Assembly (NCBI GenBank): GCA_010909165.1
Contig: VJWM01000234.1
Location: 1-64,000 of the forward strand
Direction: 5' to 3'
Length of the DNA: 64,000 bases
Source: Anthoceros angustus
Lineage: Eukaryota > Plantae > Anthocerotophyta
Both the position numbers and the translations under genes were made by a program. The notes under the pieces are model-generated. The model ran no database searches, was not told where the DNA came from, and was given only the letters and a program-made list of their open reading frames with translations. Shown here piece after piece: positions 63,701 to 64,000 of this stretch (positions within the stretch are counted from its first letter, which is position 1; each line of letters starts with the position of its first letter).

Positions 63701-64000
63701 CTAGCTCCGCGCTTCTCTTCAAATACGGGTCCCTCAACTCCTCTCATGTCCCGGATTTTGATGGCTTGGGTAGCCATCACTGTCTTGGCGTCCAATTCTT
63801 TGGACGCTATCTTCTCCTTCCTAGCCTCTGTTTTGCCCTTTCGTTCTTGCTCTAATTGGGCAAAATGCTCCTCCGCCTTCTCCATGAATCCGTTGGGTGG
63901 TTGCCGAATGGCTCTTTCTTGACTGCGACAACCTTCCCTCTAGGACCTTTTCATGGCGCTTCTATGAGGTCGTTGGAGCTTCTGACCTTTTCCAGCTTGG
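60741..64000 (-). mobile_element. Family A: extra-ORF tail, 3' UTR, LTR (61474-~62862), PBS and leader
   Basis: KAEEHFAQLEQ (63376-63885); LTR; leader 60741-61450 matches 17080-17760. Confidence 0.92.
61452..61469 (-). promoter_or_regulatory. tRNA-Asp primer binding site
   Basis: Minus strand ...TACCACA tttt TGGCGCCGTTGCCGGGGA; 18 nt complementary to the plant tRNA-Asp 3' end, as in Athila-type elements. Confidence 0.92.

Overview
Plant-type (probably non-seed plant or streptophyte alga) transposon graveyard. I found no intact host gene, and almost every entry in the ORF track is a frameshifted shard of a transposon. About 70% of the window is nested, deletion-riddled copies of one non-chromoviral Ty3/Gypsy family (family A). 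Family A has a tRNA-Asp PBS, gag-PR-RT-RH-INT, a large extra sense ORF downstream of pol, and a ~1.4 kb LTR ending CCTACCACA. Pieces of a second Tat-like family (B), a Ty1/copia remnant and a short-LTR tRNA-iMet element are also present. Two things stand out, both visible only after repairing frameshifts by eye. (1) A minus-strand Ty3/Gypsy element (~4.3-11.0 kb) carries a complete C5-cytosine DNA methyltransferase domain between protease and RT, and a PHD finger at the integrase C-terminus. (2) A minus-strand, intron-containing relic (~39.9-41.4 kb) resembles a ParB/Srx-like domain fused to a beta-class N4-cytosine/N6-adenine DNA methyltransferase. Both copies here are pseudogenised. All calls are by motif recognition without database searches, and most boundaries are approximate.
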